Source: an uncultured Dehalococcoidales bacterium (GTDB taxonomy: Bacteria > Chloroflexota > Dehalococcoidia > Dehalococcoidales > UBA2162). Taken from it: a DNA stretch of 46,783 nt. Both the position numbers and the translations under genes were made by a program. A model generated the notes under the pieces. The model saw only the letters and a list, made by a program, of their open reading frames with translations. It searched no databases and was not told the DNA's origin. The stretch spans positions 1 to 46,783 of the forward strand of contig CAYXEG010000003.1 in NCBI GenBank assembly GCA_964463875.1, written 5' to 3'. This document shows, piece by piece, positions 33,841 through 42,993 of the stretch. Position 1 is the stretch's first letter. The number at the start of each line of letters is the position of its first letter.

Positions 33841-35439
33841 GTGCAGGAATTAGAGCTGTTAAAATTTGTCGAAACATTCGATAGAATCAAGGAAAAAGCC
33901 GGACAGGAAGGGAGGCTGAAATGCAATCCCTCGCCCGAGGTTATGAAGGAACTGATAGCGAAGCAGCCGGGGGTAAAAAAGACGATATACGGTAACTATG
34001 TCGCCGAGAGCGAACCGACCTCCCGGTCGGCCATGTTTACAAAAAACAGCGTCGACAGCGTCTTCGGCGATGATGAAGCGAAGGTGCTCCGCCAGTGCGA
34101 AGAAGCCCTCGGCAAGGAAAGGCTTATCTGTACCGACAGGATTGTCGGTAATATCGAGACCGGCCCGATTGTCCGGCTGATAGTACCGGAACGGTTCGCC
34201 CATGTCGCCTTCGGAGGAGGCAATCTCTTCTGGCCGGTCAACCGCGAAGTCAAAGACCCCGATTACCGGATAGTCTTTTTCTTCGACGAGGCTTTCGAGG
34301 CTAACGCTCAAAAACCCCTGCCGGAAAAAGATATCACGATACGGCTGGCAATGCTCCCGGACGGCCGGTTCGTCAAGATAATCCGGAACGGCAACTACAT
34401 CGGCGAATACAAAAAAGGGGTGTTCGCGGCTGAAGACTGGGCGGCGAAAACGAGAAAAGGCGGCATCTTCCTCCACGCCGGCTGCCGGGAGGACTACCTG
34501 CAATCGGTCCACGGCGATTACCGGAAAGTGAGAACCCTGCTGATTGCCCTCAGTGCCAACGGTAAAACGAGCACGACCAGCCGGATTCTGGCGAAAAAAG
34601 AAGGGGAAGTCTCCTGGCTTGTCCAGGATGACGGCGGCACGCTCATGCCGGACGGCTCATTCCACGGTTTCGAAGCCGGCGGCATCTTCGTCAAAACGGA
34701 GGGCGTCGACCCGGGCGACCAGGCGGAAATTTACTACGGGCTGATGAAACCGGATACTGTCTGCGAGAATGTCTTCGTCGAAGAAAACGGAGAATTCGAC
34801 TTTTATAATATCGACCGGACCTCCAACGGCCGGGCGGTAATCATGAGAAAAGACTTCATGCACGCCAGCCAGCATATCGACGTCGAAAAAATCGATAATC
34901 TTATCATCATCACCCGCGGCCCGCTCGTACCCGCAATCTCGAAGCTGACCTGCGAGCAGGCGGCGGCGATGATGGTGCTTGGGCAAGCGATGGAGTCTTC
35001 GGCGGGAGACCCGACCAAAGCCGGAACGATACGCACCGAGTTCTTCTACGACCCGTTCATGGCCGGAGACAAGACCGAGCATGCCAATATCTTCTACAAC
35101 ATCGTTAAAAATCTCCCGAACATGAATTTTTACCTCCTGAACACCGGCGGCATCGGCGAAGACGAACGGTACCGCGATATCAGGCTCGAACATACCATGG
35201 GTATCCTCGATTCGCTGATTCGGGGAGGGCTGGAAGACTGGAAAGAATCGCCTACCGGATTTGAGATACCGGCAGCAATCCGGGTCGTCGACCCGATTTA
35301 TGTTCATCCGGAACGACTGTACCTGAGCGCGGACTTCGCCGAGAAGCAGGCGGCTCTGGATAAACTCAGGTACGAGGCGGTCGCCAAACTGAGCGACCGG
35401 CTGCACCCGGAGGTAAGAAAAGTATTCGGCAGAGGGTAG
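33841..35439 (+). CDS. pckA: phosphoenolpyruvate carboxykinase (ATP) family protein, divergent
   Basis: GTG start with a GGGGGA RBS. 532 aa. Blocks align to the ATP-PEPCK consensus: LHAGC, P-loop ALSANGKTST (canonical GLSGTGKTT), LVQDDGG (IGDDEHG), EAGGIFVKT (EGGCYAK), ENVFV, RTSNGRAVI (TENTRA), LLNTGGIGE (LVNTGWTGG). Confidence 0.55.
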   Translation: MQELELLKFVETFDRIKEKAGQEGRLKCNPSPEVMKELIAKQPGVKKTIYGNYVAESEPTSRSAMFTKNSVDSVFGDDEAKVLRQCEEALGKERLICTDRIVGNIETGPIVRLIVPERFAHVAFGGGNLFWPVNREVKDPDYRIVFFFDEAFEANAQKPLPEKDITIRLAMLPDGRFVKIIRNGNYIGEYKKGVFAAEDWAAKTRKGGIFLHAGCREDYLQSVHGDYRKVRTLLIALSANGKTSTTSRILAKKEGEVSWLVQDDGGTLMPDGSFHGFEAGGIFVKTEGVDPGDQAEIYYGLMKPDTVCENVFVEENGEFDFYNIDRTSNGRAVIMRKDFMHASQHIDVEKIDNLIIITRGPLVPAISKLTCEQAAAMMVLGQAMESSAGDPTKAGTIRTEFFYDPFMAGDKTEHANIFYNIVKNLPNMNFYLLNTGGIGEDERYRDIRLEHTMGILDSLIRGGLEDWKESPTGFEIPAAIRVVDPIYVHPERLYLSADFAEKQAALDKLRYEAVAKLSDRLHPEVRKVFGRG

Positions 35440-35443
35440 GAAT

Positions 35444-36103
35444 ATGACTGAAGAACTGGGCAGGATAGAAAAACCGGAAGCGAAACAATTCGAAGGGAAA
35501 AGAAAAATTTACCTCGTTCCCGTAATCTATTCGTACGAGGGAGCGCCGGCCGACTACACGGAGAAATACGAACGGTACTGGAAACAGGTCAGGCAGCACC
35601 TGCTCAACCTTGAATCGAAGATGGGCAGTCCCGACTTGATTTACCATGAATCGGTGACCATTGCCGGCGACAAAGGGCTGGAAATCATGAAACAACTCAG
35701 CCCGATGAGCTGTGAAATAACAAAAGAGCGGTGCGGCTCCGGGGCGAAGCTCGAAGTGGTCGAGGACGCCGAACTAACCGAGGAAACGATGGACTGGGAA
35801 CGCCACCTGATGATGGGCTTCATCAGCAGCAAGGTCGCCCGCCTGGTTTCCGAACAGTTCGCCCAGGCTTCAGCAAAACGGTTCGAGTATATCGCAAACC
35901 GGATTGAGGAAACGCTCAAGGGCGGCCAGACAGCCATTCTCTTCATCCGGGAAAGTCACCGGGTACAGTTTCCGAAGGATATCGAGGTCTTCAGTGTCTC
36001 GCCACCGGCGCTCGACGAGATTCATCGCTGGCTGCGGGAAAGTTCGGAACGGATGGAAGCGGAAGAGAATCGCGAGGCAGGAGCCGAATCTCAGGAAAAG
36101 TAA
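35444..36103 (+). CDS. hypothetical protein co-transcribed with the PEPCK-like gene
   Basis: 219-aa ORF starting 4 nt after the upstream stop. I did not recognise a family. Followed by a terminator. Confidence 0.55.
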   Translation: MTEELGRIEKPEAKQFEGKRKIYLVPVIYSYEGAPADYTEKYERYWKQVRQHLLNLESKMGSPDLIYHESVTIAGDKGLEIMKQLSPMSCEITKERCGSGAKLEVVEDAELTEETMDWERHLMMGFISSKVARLVSEQFAQASAKRFEYIANRIEETLKGGQTAILFIRESHRVQFPKDIEVFSVSPPALDEIHRWLRESSERMEAEENREAGAESQEK

Positions 36104-36163
36104 CGATTAGAAAAACAGGCTGTTTTTTGTTACAATAGGCTATCTCCGCATACCGCGCAACGG

Positions 36164-36197
36164 GGGCTGGGAATATGAAATCCAGCCCTTTTCTTTT
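36164..36197 (+). terminator. rho-independent terminator
   Basis: GGGCTGG (36164-36170) / CCAGCCC (36182-36188), followed by TTTTCTTTT. Confidence 0.65.
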
Positions 36198-36228
36198 GCG
36201 TTCGGGATGCGTCACTCAGGATACGGAT

Positions 36229-37455
36229 ATGAACAATACCAATATTGGTTCCCGATACCGGTGGTACATACTGGTGCTGCTGGCCCTGACGGGATGCTTC
36301 GTCACTGCCATGCCTCAAATGTGCATGCCGGTTCTTTTCAAAGAAATCGCCGACGAACTCGGGCTCAGCTTCGTCCAAATCGGCACGGTGTGGGGAATGC
36401 TGCCCCTCGCCGGACTGCTGGTCATGCTCCTCGGAGGAATGCTGGCCGACAAGTTCGGAGCGAAGAGAATCCTCGTTTTCGGCAGTCTGCTGACCGGGTT
36501 GACCGGTATGGCGAGAGCGCTCTCCGGTGACTTCCCGACGCTTGCGGCAACCATGTTTCTCTTCGGCATCCTCCAGGTACTGACGGCGCCTTCCATGTTC
36601 AGAGCCTGCGGCACCTGGTTTTCCGGTAAACATCTCGGACTGGCGAACGGCGTTATGTCAATGAGCATGGGATTCGGCTTCCTCGTATCCTCGATGATAA
36701 GTTCCTCGGTGCTCTCTCCCCTGCTGGGAGGCTGGAGGAACGTCCTTATCGCCTACGGGGTCATGACAATCGTCGTCGGCCTGCTCTGGCTCTTCACAAA
36801 GGGAGAACCTGAGCACCAGTCATTCGCCTCGGAGGTTGAACCGCGGATTTCCTTCAGGGAATCGTTATTGAAAATCGTCCGACTCAGGAACGTCTGGATA
36901 CTGACCATCATCATCATGCTCCAGGTCAGTTGCACCATGGGAACGCTTGGCTACCTTCCGACCTACCTCAAGAACATCGGGTGGGAGCCGGCGGCGGCCG
37001 ATAACACCGTCGCCCTGTTCCACGGCATGAGCGCCCTTTTCACCATTCCGGTGGTACTGCTTTCGAACCGGTTGAAATCAAGGAAAATTGTCCTGTTTGT
37101 TGCCACTCTGATGACTGCCGCGGGCGTGGGAATCCTGGCTTTTAACACCGGTAACGGCGTCTGGGCAGGCATGATAATCGCCGGGATTGTCCGGGACGGG
37201 TTCATGGCAACCCATATGACGACGCTCCTCGAAACCAAAGGGGTAAAAATCGCCTACATAGGCGCGGCGGTAGGTTTTTCGCAGTCCATCGGACGACTTG
37301 GAGAAATCATTTCGCCACCGATCGGCGGACGATTAGCCGAGATAAATCCCCAGTATCCGTTCCTGCTGTGGTCGGGTATGGCCGCACTGGCGCTGTTCGC
37401 GTTTCTCTTCTTCAAGAAGGAGCGAGCCGGTAAATCAACCAAACCTACGGTTTGA
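36229..37455 (+). CDS. MFS transporter
   Basis: About 12 TM helices. MFS motif GGMLADKFGAKR between TM2 and TM3. Start placed at ATG 36229 because the longer ORF start (36175) lies inside the terminator hairpin. Confidence 0.8.
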   Translation: MNNTNIGSRYRWYILVLLALTGCFVTAMPQMCMPVLFKEIADELGLSFVQIGTVWGMLPLAGLLVMLLGGMLADKFGAKRILVFGSLLTGLTGMARALSGDFPTLAATMFLFGILQVLTAPSMFRACGTWFSGKHLGLANGVMSMSMGFGFLVSSMISSSVLSPLLGGWRNVLIAYGVMTIVVGLLWLFTKGEPEHQSFASEVEPRISFRESLLKIVRLRNVWILTIIIMLQVSCTMGTLGYLPTYLKNIGWEPAAADNTVALFHGMSALFTIPVVLLSNRLKSRKIVLFVATLMTAAGVGILAFNTGNGVWAGMIIAGIVRDGFMATHMTTLLETKGVKIAYIGAAVGFSQSIGRLGEIISPPIGGRLAEINPQYPFLLWSGMAALALFAFLFFKKERAGKSTKPTV

Positions 37456-38248
37456 CCGCTTTCAGGGTAAAGGTCAGGGGGATTTTATCGCCCGGTATCC
37501 GCCAGCCACCCTCCCCGTCCGGCACCATGTACGGCAAGGCCTTGAAGAAGAGGACAGGGAATTCATGGAGAAACGCTATCTTCAGTCCGGCGGCAATCAG
37601 TGCATTTATTATGTCACCTAAGGGGTGCGTCCACTCATGGCTGTGGTGAATTCGGGCTGTCTTCACACCGGCGTAGGAGCCTTCGGTCGGATAGATTTCA
37701 GGCTCCGGGACATGGAAATAGGAATTGCGAATCTCCGGCTTCACAGCCTCCGGATTTTCATCGAACAGCATGGTAAGGAACGGGTGTTCCTCGCGGATAT
37801 AGAAAAAACCTCCGCTTTTGAGGAATTGCGCAATTACGCCAGCCCACTGGTTCAAATCAGGCAGCCAGCAGAGAACCCCCGCCGAGGTGTAGACGATATC
37901 GAATTCCCCTTTCAGTGTATCCGGTAAATCATAGAGGTTCGAGCAAACGAAATCGGCCTTGATTCCCGTCTGCTTACCCAGGTTCCGGGCAATATCGATT
38001 GCCTTGTCCGAAAAATCGGTCCCGGTCACCTTCGCTCCCCTTCTCGCCCATGACAGCGTATCCATGCCGAAATGGCACATCAGGTGGAGCAGCGTTTTCC
38101 CGGTAACGTCCCCGACTTCTTCCACTTCGAGGGCATGAAGGGTACTCTTACCCGGTAAAAAGCCGGCGACATTGTAGAATTCCGACCCGGCGTGCAGTTC
38201 CGCCCACTCGTTCCACATTTCCCGATTATGCTGAAGATAGTCGTCCAT
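37445..38248 (-). CDS. class I SAM-dependent methyltransferase
   Basis: Start placed at MDDYLQHNREMW. SAM motif I LLHLMCHFGMDT and acidic loop VTGTDFS. The longer ORF extension overlaps the NUDIX gene. Confidence 0.75.
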   Translation of the reverse strand: MDDYLQHNREMWNEWAELHAGSEFYNVAGFLPGKSTLHALEVEEVGDVTGKTLLHLMCHFGMDTLSWARRGAKVTGTDFSDKAIDIARNLGKQTGIKADFVCSNLYDLPDTLKGEFDIVYTSAGVLCWLPDLNQWAGVIAQFLKSGGFFYIREEHPFLTMLFDENPEAVKPEIRNSYFHVPEPEIYPTEGSYAGVKTARIHHSHEWTHPLGDIINALIAAGLKIAFLHEFPVLFFKALPYMVPDGEGGWRIPGDKIPLTFTLKAVKP

Positions 38249-38732
38249 TATCGTTTCCTTCCCCGTTCGGATAACTGATTTCGCTTCCCCACTCGAGAAT
38301 CTCGTTGCGGAATTCTTCGATAGACATGATGCCGGATGAAATGAGAAACGCCCGGTCGCGCTCAGACAGGTCCGAGAGACGTTTCCATTGCAGTTCACGC
38401 AGCATCGGTGAATTCTGGTCCGGGTCATCCGGGTCGGTACCGAGTTCAGGCTCCTGATCGCCAATATCCATCAGAAACGTCCGGTAGTACTTATATCTGC
38501 CGGATGTTTCCGTGTAGTCCTCTACCCTCAGTTCTTTGACAATCCTGCCTTCGACACAGCATTCCTCTTTCAGTTCCCTGACCGCTCCTCCTTCCGGTGT
38601 TTCGCCGTCTTCGACGCCTCCGCCGGGCAGAAGCCAGATTTCCCCGATACGAGACCTCAGATTCATCCTGGTCATCAGTACCCGGTTTCCCCGGTGGACC
38701 AGGCATTGGGCGCGGATTTCACGTTTCGACAC
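38226..38732 (-). CDS. NUDIX hydrolase
   Basis: Nudix box LPGGGVEDGETPEGGAVRELKEECCVEG. Confidence 0.85.
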   Translation of the reverse strand: MSKREIRAQCLVHRGNRVLMTRMNLRSRIGEIWLLPGGGVEDGETPEGGAVRELKEECCVEGRIVKELRVEDYTETSGRYKYYRTFLMDIGDQEPELGTDPDDPDQNSPMLRELQWKRLSDLSERDRAFLISSGIMSIEEFRNEILEWGSEISYPNGEGNDNGRLSSA

Positions 38733-38828
38733 GAACAGCCCTCCTTGTTCCGGAATTTCTCTGATATCAGGTGATGGATGATGGTAGCATCAATTGCTCA
38801 ATTGCGCAACGCCTGCGAACGATACACC

Positions 38829-40352
38829 CTACTCTACCTGCGTCCTCGGTCGGTACTGGATGGCCTCGGCAACGTGGTGGGCTTTTATTATGTCAACTTT
38901 TTCGAGGTCGGCAATCGTCCTCGCCAGCTTCAGTATCCGGTGAAAAGCCCGCGCCGACAGGTACAGTTGTTTCATGGCCGACTTCAGAAGGCTCTGGGCG
39001 GCGTCTTCGGTTTTACAGAATTCCCGGACTTCCACCGGCGACATTTCAGAGTTTGTTATCATCGATGTCCCCTCGAACCGGTTTGCCTGTATCTCCCGGG
39101 CAGCAATAACCCGCTCCTGGACCCGGGCCGATGCCTCGCCAAGCCGGTCGTCGGAGAGTTTTTCGTACTCGATATGAGGAACTTCGACGAATATATCCAC
39201 CCGGTCGATGAACGGCCCGCTGATACGCCGCTGGTAGCGCGAAACCGCCTGCGGCGGACAGGTGCACTGCCGCAGCGGGTCGCCGTAGTATCCGCAGGGG
39301 CACGGGTTCATGGCCCCGACGAGCATGAAATTGGAGGGAAATTTGACGCTCCCCAGCGCCCGGCTGATAGTCACCATCTTATCCTCGAGCGGCTGGCGAA
39401 GGGTTTCCAGCAGCGAATGGCCGAACTCGGGCAGCTCGTCGAGGAAGAGAACACCCCGGTGAGAGAGGCTGATTTCACCCGGCTTCGGCCACTGTCCTCC
39501 GCCGACCAGGCCGGCATTAGATATCGTGTAATGCGGAGCGCGGAACGGCCGCCGCCTCATGAGCGGCGTATCCGCCGGCAGCAGGCCGCTGATGCTGTAA
39601 ATCTTGGTTACCTCAATCGCCTCATCGTCGTTCATCGGCGGCAGAATCGAAGGCACCGCCCGGGCAAGGAGCGTCTTGCCGCTGCCGGGAGGCCCGACCA
39701 TGACCGTGTTATGCGCTCCTGCCGCTGCCACCTCCAAAGCCCGCTTCACGTGCTCCTGCCCTTTTATGTAAGCAAGGTCGGTTTCCGTACCGGCCGGTTC
39801 TTCAACCTCCCCTGCTTCCGCGGGATGGTACTCGGGTTCCGGAATCTCCCCCCGGAAGCAGGCAATGAGCTGGTGCAGCGAGGCTACGGGGATAATTTTT
39901 ATACCTTTGATGAGGGAGGCTTCACGGGCATCAGCTTCAGGCACGATGACGGTGGTATACCCTTCTTCCTGGGCGAGCGCCACCATCGGTAAAACTCCCG
40001 CCGTATGACGAAGGCTGCCATCGAGCGAAAGTTCGCCGAGGATGAGGGTTTTCGTGACATCGGCATAGACCTGTTCCGAGCTGAGAAGAATGCCGAGGGC
40101 AATCGGTAAATCGTAGGCGGGTCCGGCTTTCTTCAGGTCGGCCGGCGCCAGGTTGACAACGATTTTCTTATACGGAAACAGGCAGCCTGAGTTGCGAATG
40201 GCCGCCCTTACCCGTTCCCGGGCTTCCTGGACAGCCGTATCCGGCAGGCCGACGACGGTGAAAGCCGGCAGACCGGCCGAGATGTAGGTCTCGACCTCGA
40301 CGATGGCTCCCTCGAGCCCGATTATCGCGCAACTGGTAACTTTGGCTAACAT
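38829..40352 (-). CDS. comM: YifB/ComM family Mg-chelatase-like AAA+ ATPase
   Basis: N-terminus MLAKVTSCAIIGLEGAIVEVE, Walker A GPPGSGKT, Walker B VLFLDELPEF, and a C-terminal ARAFHRILKLARTIADLE helix typical of the family. Confidence 0.9.
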   Translation of the reverse strand: MLAKVTSCAIIGLEGAIVEVETYISAGLPAFTVVGLPDTAVQEARERVRAAIRNSGCLFPYKKIVVNLAPADLKKAGPAYDLPIALGILLSSEQVYADVTKTLILGELSLDGSLRHTAGVLPMVALAQEEGYTTVIVPEADAREASLIKGIKIIPVASLHQLIACFRGEIPEPEYHPAEAGEVEEPAGTETDLAYIKGQEHVKRALEVAAAGAHNTVMVGPPGSGKTLLARAVPSILPPMNDDEAIEVTKIYSISGLLPADTPLMRRRPFRAPHYTISNAGLVGGGQWPKPGEISLSHRGVLFLDELPEFGHSLLETLRQPLEDKMVTISRALGSVKFPSNFMLVGAMNPCPCGYYGDPLRQCTCPPQAVSRYQRRISGPFIDRVDIFVEVPHIEYEKLSDDRLGEASARVQERVIAAREIQANRFEGTSMITNSEMSPVEVREFCKTEDAAQSLLKSAMKQLYLSARAFHRILKLARTIADLEKVDIIKAHHVAEAIQYRPRTQVE

Positions 40353-40440
40353 GCCCCTCTACTATAGCACAATATCACCTCTGACTTAATACACTGTCAG
40401 GCATGAATCAATAATGTTAATAAAAAATTAACCTGCTAAA

Positions 40441-40469
40441 TTGACATCCTGCCCGTCAACCAATACAAT
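40441..40469 (+). promoter_or_regulatory. consensus sigma70-like promoter (TTGACA-17 nt-TACAAT)
   Basis: TTGACA at 40441-40446, 17-nt spacer, TACAAT at 40464-40469. AGGAGG RBS at 40501-40506 precedes the ATG at 40509. Confidence 0.55.
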
Positions 40470-40508
40470 ATTTTCATTCGATGGCTCTACCACCACAACC
40501 AGGAGGTC

Positions 40509-41759
40509 ATGATGATTAAGACTATCGGACTTTTCCTGCTGGTTTTATCGCTTTTACTCACCCTGCTGACCTCTGCCTGTTCGAACGTCAGACAATTCGA
40601 ATTGACTACCTCGGTCGAGCCGGCGGAAGCTGGTTCGATTTCACCGGGCGGCATGTACGACGGAGGCAGCCGGGTACGGGTCACTGCCCTCCCCCACCAG
40701 GGCTATTCGTTCGAAGGCTGGAGTGGCGACGCCACCGGCACAGCCTCGACCGTTACGATAATGATGGATTCGGACAAGCACCTGACAGCCCGTTTCGTGC
40801 CCGCCGGTACGACCCCGACGCCCGATACGAGCCAGACAGAGACCCTCCACAGGGTGACCGTCCAGATGACGCCTGAAAACGGCGGTACCGTCAGTCCCGG
40901 CACGGCCGACTACCCGGCAGGCAGCACACTGACACTGACAGCAGTTCCCGGGCCGGGATACTCGTCCGTCTGGTGGAGCGGCGATGTCTCCGGTTCTACC
41001 CGTTCGGTCACGATAATCGTCGATGCGAATAAGACCATTACCGCCCATTTCGAGGCTGAAGCCACTCCCCGACAGGAAGGCGAATACCTGCTTACCACCT
41101 TCATCAATCCCCCCGGAACCGGCCTGATTACTCCTTCCGGCGGGTCTTACCCTCCCGGCACGACGGTCGAAATAAAGGCTTACCAGGCAGAGGGCTATCG
41201 GTTCGTCTCCTGGAGCGGCAGCGTTTCGGGGGGGGGCAGCAGCATGACCGTGACCATGAACAGCGACATGGCAATCGTCGCCAATTTCGAGGAAGCCGGT
41301 CTTTTCACGCTCACCACCAACGCCCTGAACCCTCACCTTGAGTTTTACCCCGATTACGCCTGTACCGGCGACGACAGGTCGCCTTCATTCTCCTGGTCGG
41401 GAGTCCCCTTCGGGACACGCTCGTTTGTGCTTCTGCTCGACGACGTGACGGCCGCCAGCGATTATTCCCACTGGGTTATCTATAACATTCCGGGAACCGC
41501 CCGAAATCTGGCGGGAGGGCTGCCCAAGGTTGCCGAGCTTGATTCAGGCATCCTCCAGGGAAGAAACAGTGCCGGTATCTACGGATACAGCGGCCCGTGC
41601 CCCCCGGTATACCGCCGGCATACCTACCGGTTCACCTTCTACGCCCTCGACAATATCATCGATTTACCGGCGGGAGCGGCTAACCGGCAGGCGATTCTGA
41701 ATCTCATTACCGGACACATCCTGAGGCAAACGCAATTGGAGGGGTATTTCAACCGGTAG
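40509..41759 (+). CDS. lipoprotein with three InlB-B-repeat-like (Listeria-Bacteroides repeat) domains fused to a C-terminal YbhB/YbcL (PEBP) domain
   Basis: Lipobox LLTSAC. Three repeats of about 70 aa end in GY-x-F-x-x-WSGD..S..V-x-(M/V)..D..(I/L)-x-A-x-F. The PEBP part contains SPSFSWSGVP, HWVIYNIP and GYSGPCPP..HTYRFTFYALD. Confidence 0.8.
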   Translation: MMIKTIGLFLLVLSLLLTLLTSACSNVRQFELTTSVEPAEAGSISPGGMYDGGSRVRVTALPHQGYSFEGWSGDATGTASTVTIMMDSDKHLTARFVPAGTTPTPDTSQTETLHRVTVQMTPENGGTVSPGTADYPAGSTLTLTAVPGPGYSSVWWSGDVSGSTRSVTIIVDANKTITAHFEAEATPRQEGEYLLTTFINPPGTGLITPSGGSYPPGTTVEIKAYQAEGYRFVSWSGSVSGGGSSMTVTMNSDMAIVANFEEAGLFTLTTNALNPHLEFYPDYACTGDDRSPSFSWSGVPFGTRSFVLLLDDVTAASDYSHWVIYNIPGTARNLAGGLPKVAELDSGILQGRNSAGIYGYSGPCPPVYRRHTYRFTFYALDNIIDLPAGAANRQAILNLITGHILRQTQLEGYFNR

Positions 41760-41827
41760 CAGTTGGATTACTGACACCTGAGTGCGGAAGTGTTTCGTCG
41801 GATAGGTAGTACGAGCCTGACTTTTCC

Positions 41828-42169
41828 TTAATTACGCAATTGCGCAATTAAGCGAGTGAGCAGTTCCTCATCGTTTTTAACGCCCCGGACGTCCAGGGTG
41901 GTGGTGCTGAAAGCTTTCACCATGTTCTCGACCAGCCGGGTTTTGCTTATTTTCTTGCCGCCGCTGAACTTGGCGGTTGACGAGAGGCTTTCGAGGTAGG
42001 CATCTTCCTGGCGGTTCAGAAACACGGAGAGCTTTATGGTGCTGGAGGCAGGTTCGGCTGAAGGCGGAGCAACCGTTTCTGCCGCCGGAGGCGCCGGACG
42101 CGACCCGCCGGTCAGGCGTTCCAGAGCTTTGCCGTAAGCGCTTTCTTCGGTAATTTTAACTCTTTTCAT
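41828..42169 (-). CDS. small ParA partner, candidate ribbon-helix-helix centromere-binding protein (ParG-like)
   Basis: 113 aa with a 14-nt overlap on the parA 3' end. Basic N-terminus (MKRVKITEE..), a Pro/Ala-rich linker, then a strand-helix-helix-like segment STIKLSVFLNRQEDAYLESL..ISKTRLVENMVKAF. Confidence 0.5.
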   Translation of the reverse strand: MKRVKITEESAYGKALERLTGGSRPAPPAAETVAPPSAEPASSTIKLSVFLNRQEDAYLESLSSTAKFSGGKKISKTRLVENMVKAFSTTTLDVRGVKNDEELLTRLIAQLRN

Positions 42170-42944
42170 TTTTCATCACCTCTCTGGTCAACTGCCGATA
42201 GGCTTCGGCTCCGGCTGAATTCGGGTCGTAGCTGAGAATCGAGACGCCGGCGGCGGGGGCTTCCTTGAAACGAACCGTGACGGGAATCATCGTTTCGAAG
42301 ACCCGTATCTTGTCGCCAAAAGCGCGTTTTGTCACGTCGATAACTTCCTTGCTGTGAATGGTACGGGGATTCGTCATGGTAAAGAGAATGCCGGCGATTT
42401 TCAGTTTCGAATTCAGTTTTTCCTGAACCCTCAGTACCGTATCGAGCAGCAGGGCAAGCCCTTTCATGGCCAGAAAGTCTGTCTGAAGAGGTATAAGGAC
42501 GCTGTCGGAAGCGGCCAGGGCGTTAATGGTCAGGAGAGCCAGGCTTGGAAGGCAGTCAATCAGGATGTAATCGTACTTTTTCAGTACCGGTTTTATCATG
42601 TCGCGCAGGACATACTCGCGGGTGAAGGCGTTCACCAGGTCAAGCTGCGCCTGAGAAAGTTCGATGTTGGCCGGAATGATATCGATTTTCGGGTTTTTCG
42701 TACCGAGAATGACGTCGTTAACAGTAATCGATTTATCATCCCTGACAATAGCGTTCAATAACGTGTACCCGGTCAGCTCGATTTCTTCGGGGGTATGGCC
42801 GAAGGAAATGGTGAGGCTGGCCTGCGGGTCCCAGTCGATGACCAGCACCTTTTTGCCGAGTTCGGCCAGGCCTTCGGCGAGGGCAGCGGTCGTGGTGGTT
42901 TTCCCGACACCGCCTTTCTGATTAGCTATGGATATGACCGTCAT
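42156..42944 (-). CDS. parA: ParA/Soj-type partition ATPase (deviant Walker A)
   Basis: VISIANQKGGVGKTTTTAALA (KGGxxK[ST]), VLVIDWDPQAS, and the DYILIDCLPS Walker B region. 262 aa with no N-terminal HTH extension. Confidence 0.85.
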   Translation of the reverse strand: MTVISIANQKGGVGKTTTTAALAEGLAELGKKVLVIDWDPQASLTISFGHTPEEIELTGYTLLNAIVRDDKSITVNDVILGTKNPKIDIIPANIELSQAQLDLVNAFTREYVLRDMIKPVLKKYDYILIDCLPSLALLTINALAASDSVLIPLQTDFLAMKGLALLLDTVLRVQEKLNSKLKIAGILFTMTNPRTIHSKEVIDVTKRAFGDKIRVFETMIPVTVRFKEAPAAGVSILSYDPNSAGAEAYRQLTREVMKNEKS

Positions 42945-42964
42945 AGTAACCCTTCCTGCCGTTA

Positions 42965-42993
42965 ATATTAACGCATTTACGCAATTTCGTCAA
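42965..42993 (-). promoter_or_regulatory. consensus promoter of the parA operon embedded in the repeat array (minus strand TTGACG-17 nt-TAATAT)
   Basis: Minus-strand -35 is the complement of 42988-42993. The -10 is the complement of 42965-42970. The 17-nt spacer (42971-42987) consists of repeat units 1-2. Confidence 0.55.

Noticed and set aside
36175-36228. Upstream start (36175) for the MFS transporter
   Set aside because: That ATG lies in the loop of the terminator hairpin 36164-36188, and the added residues are not hydrophobic. ATG 36229 precedes the first TM helix.
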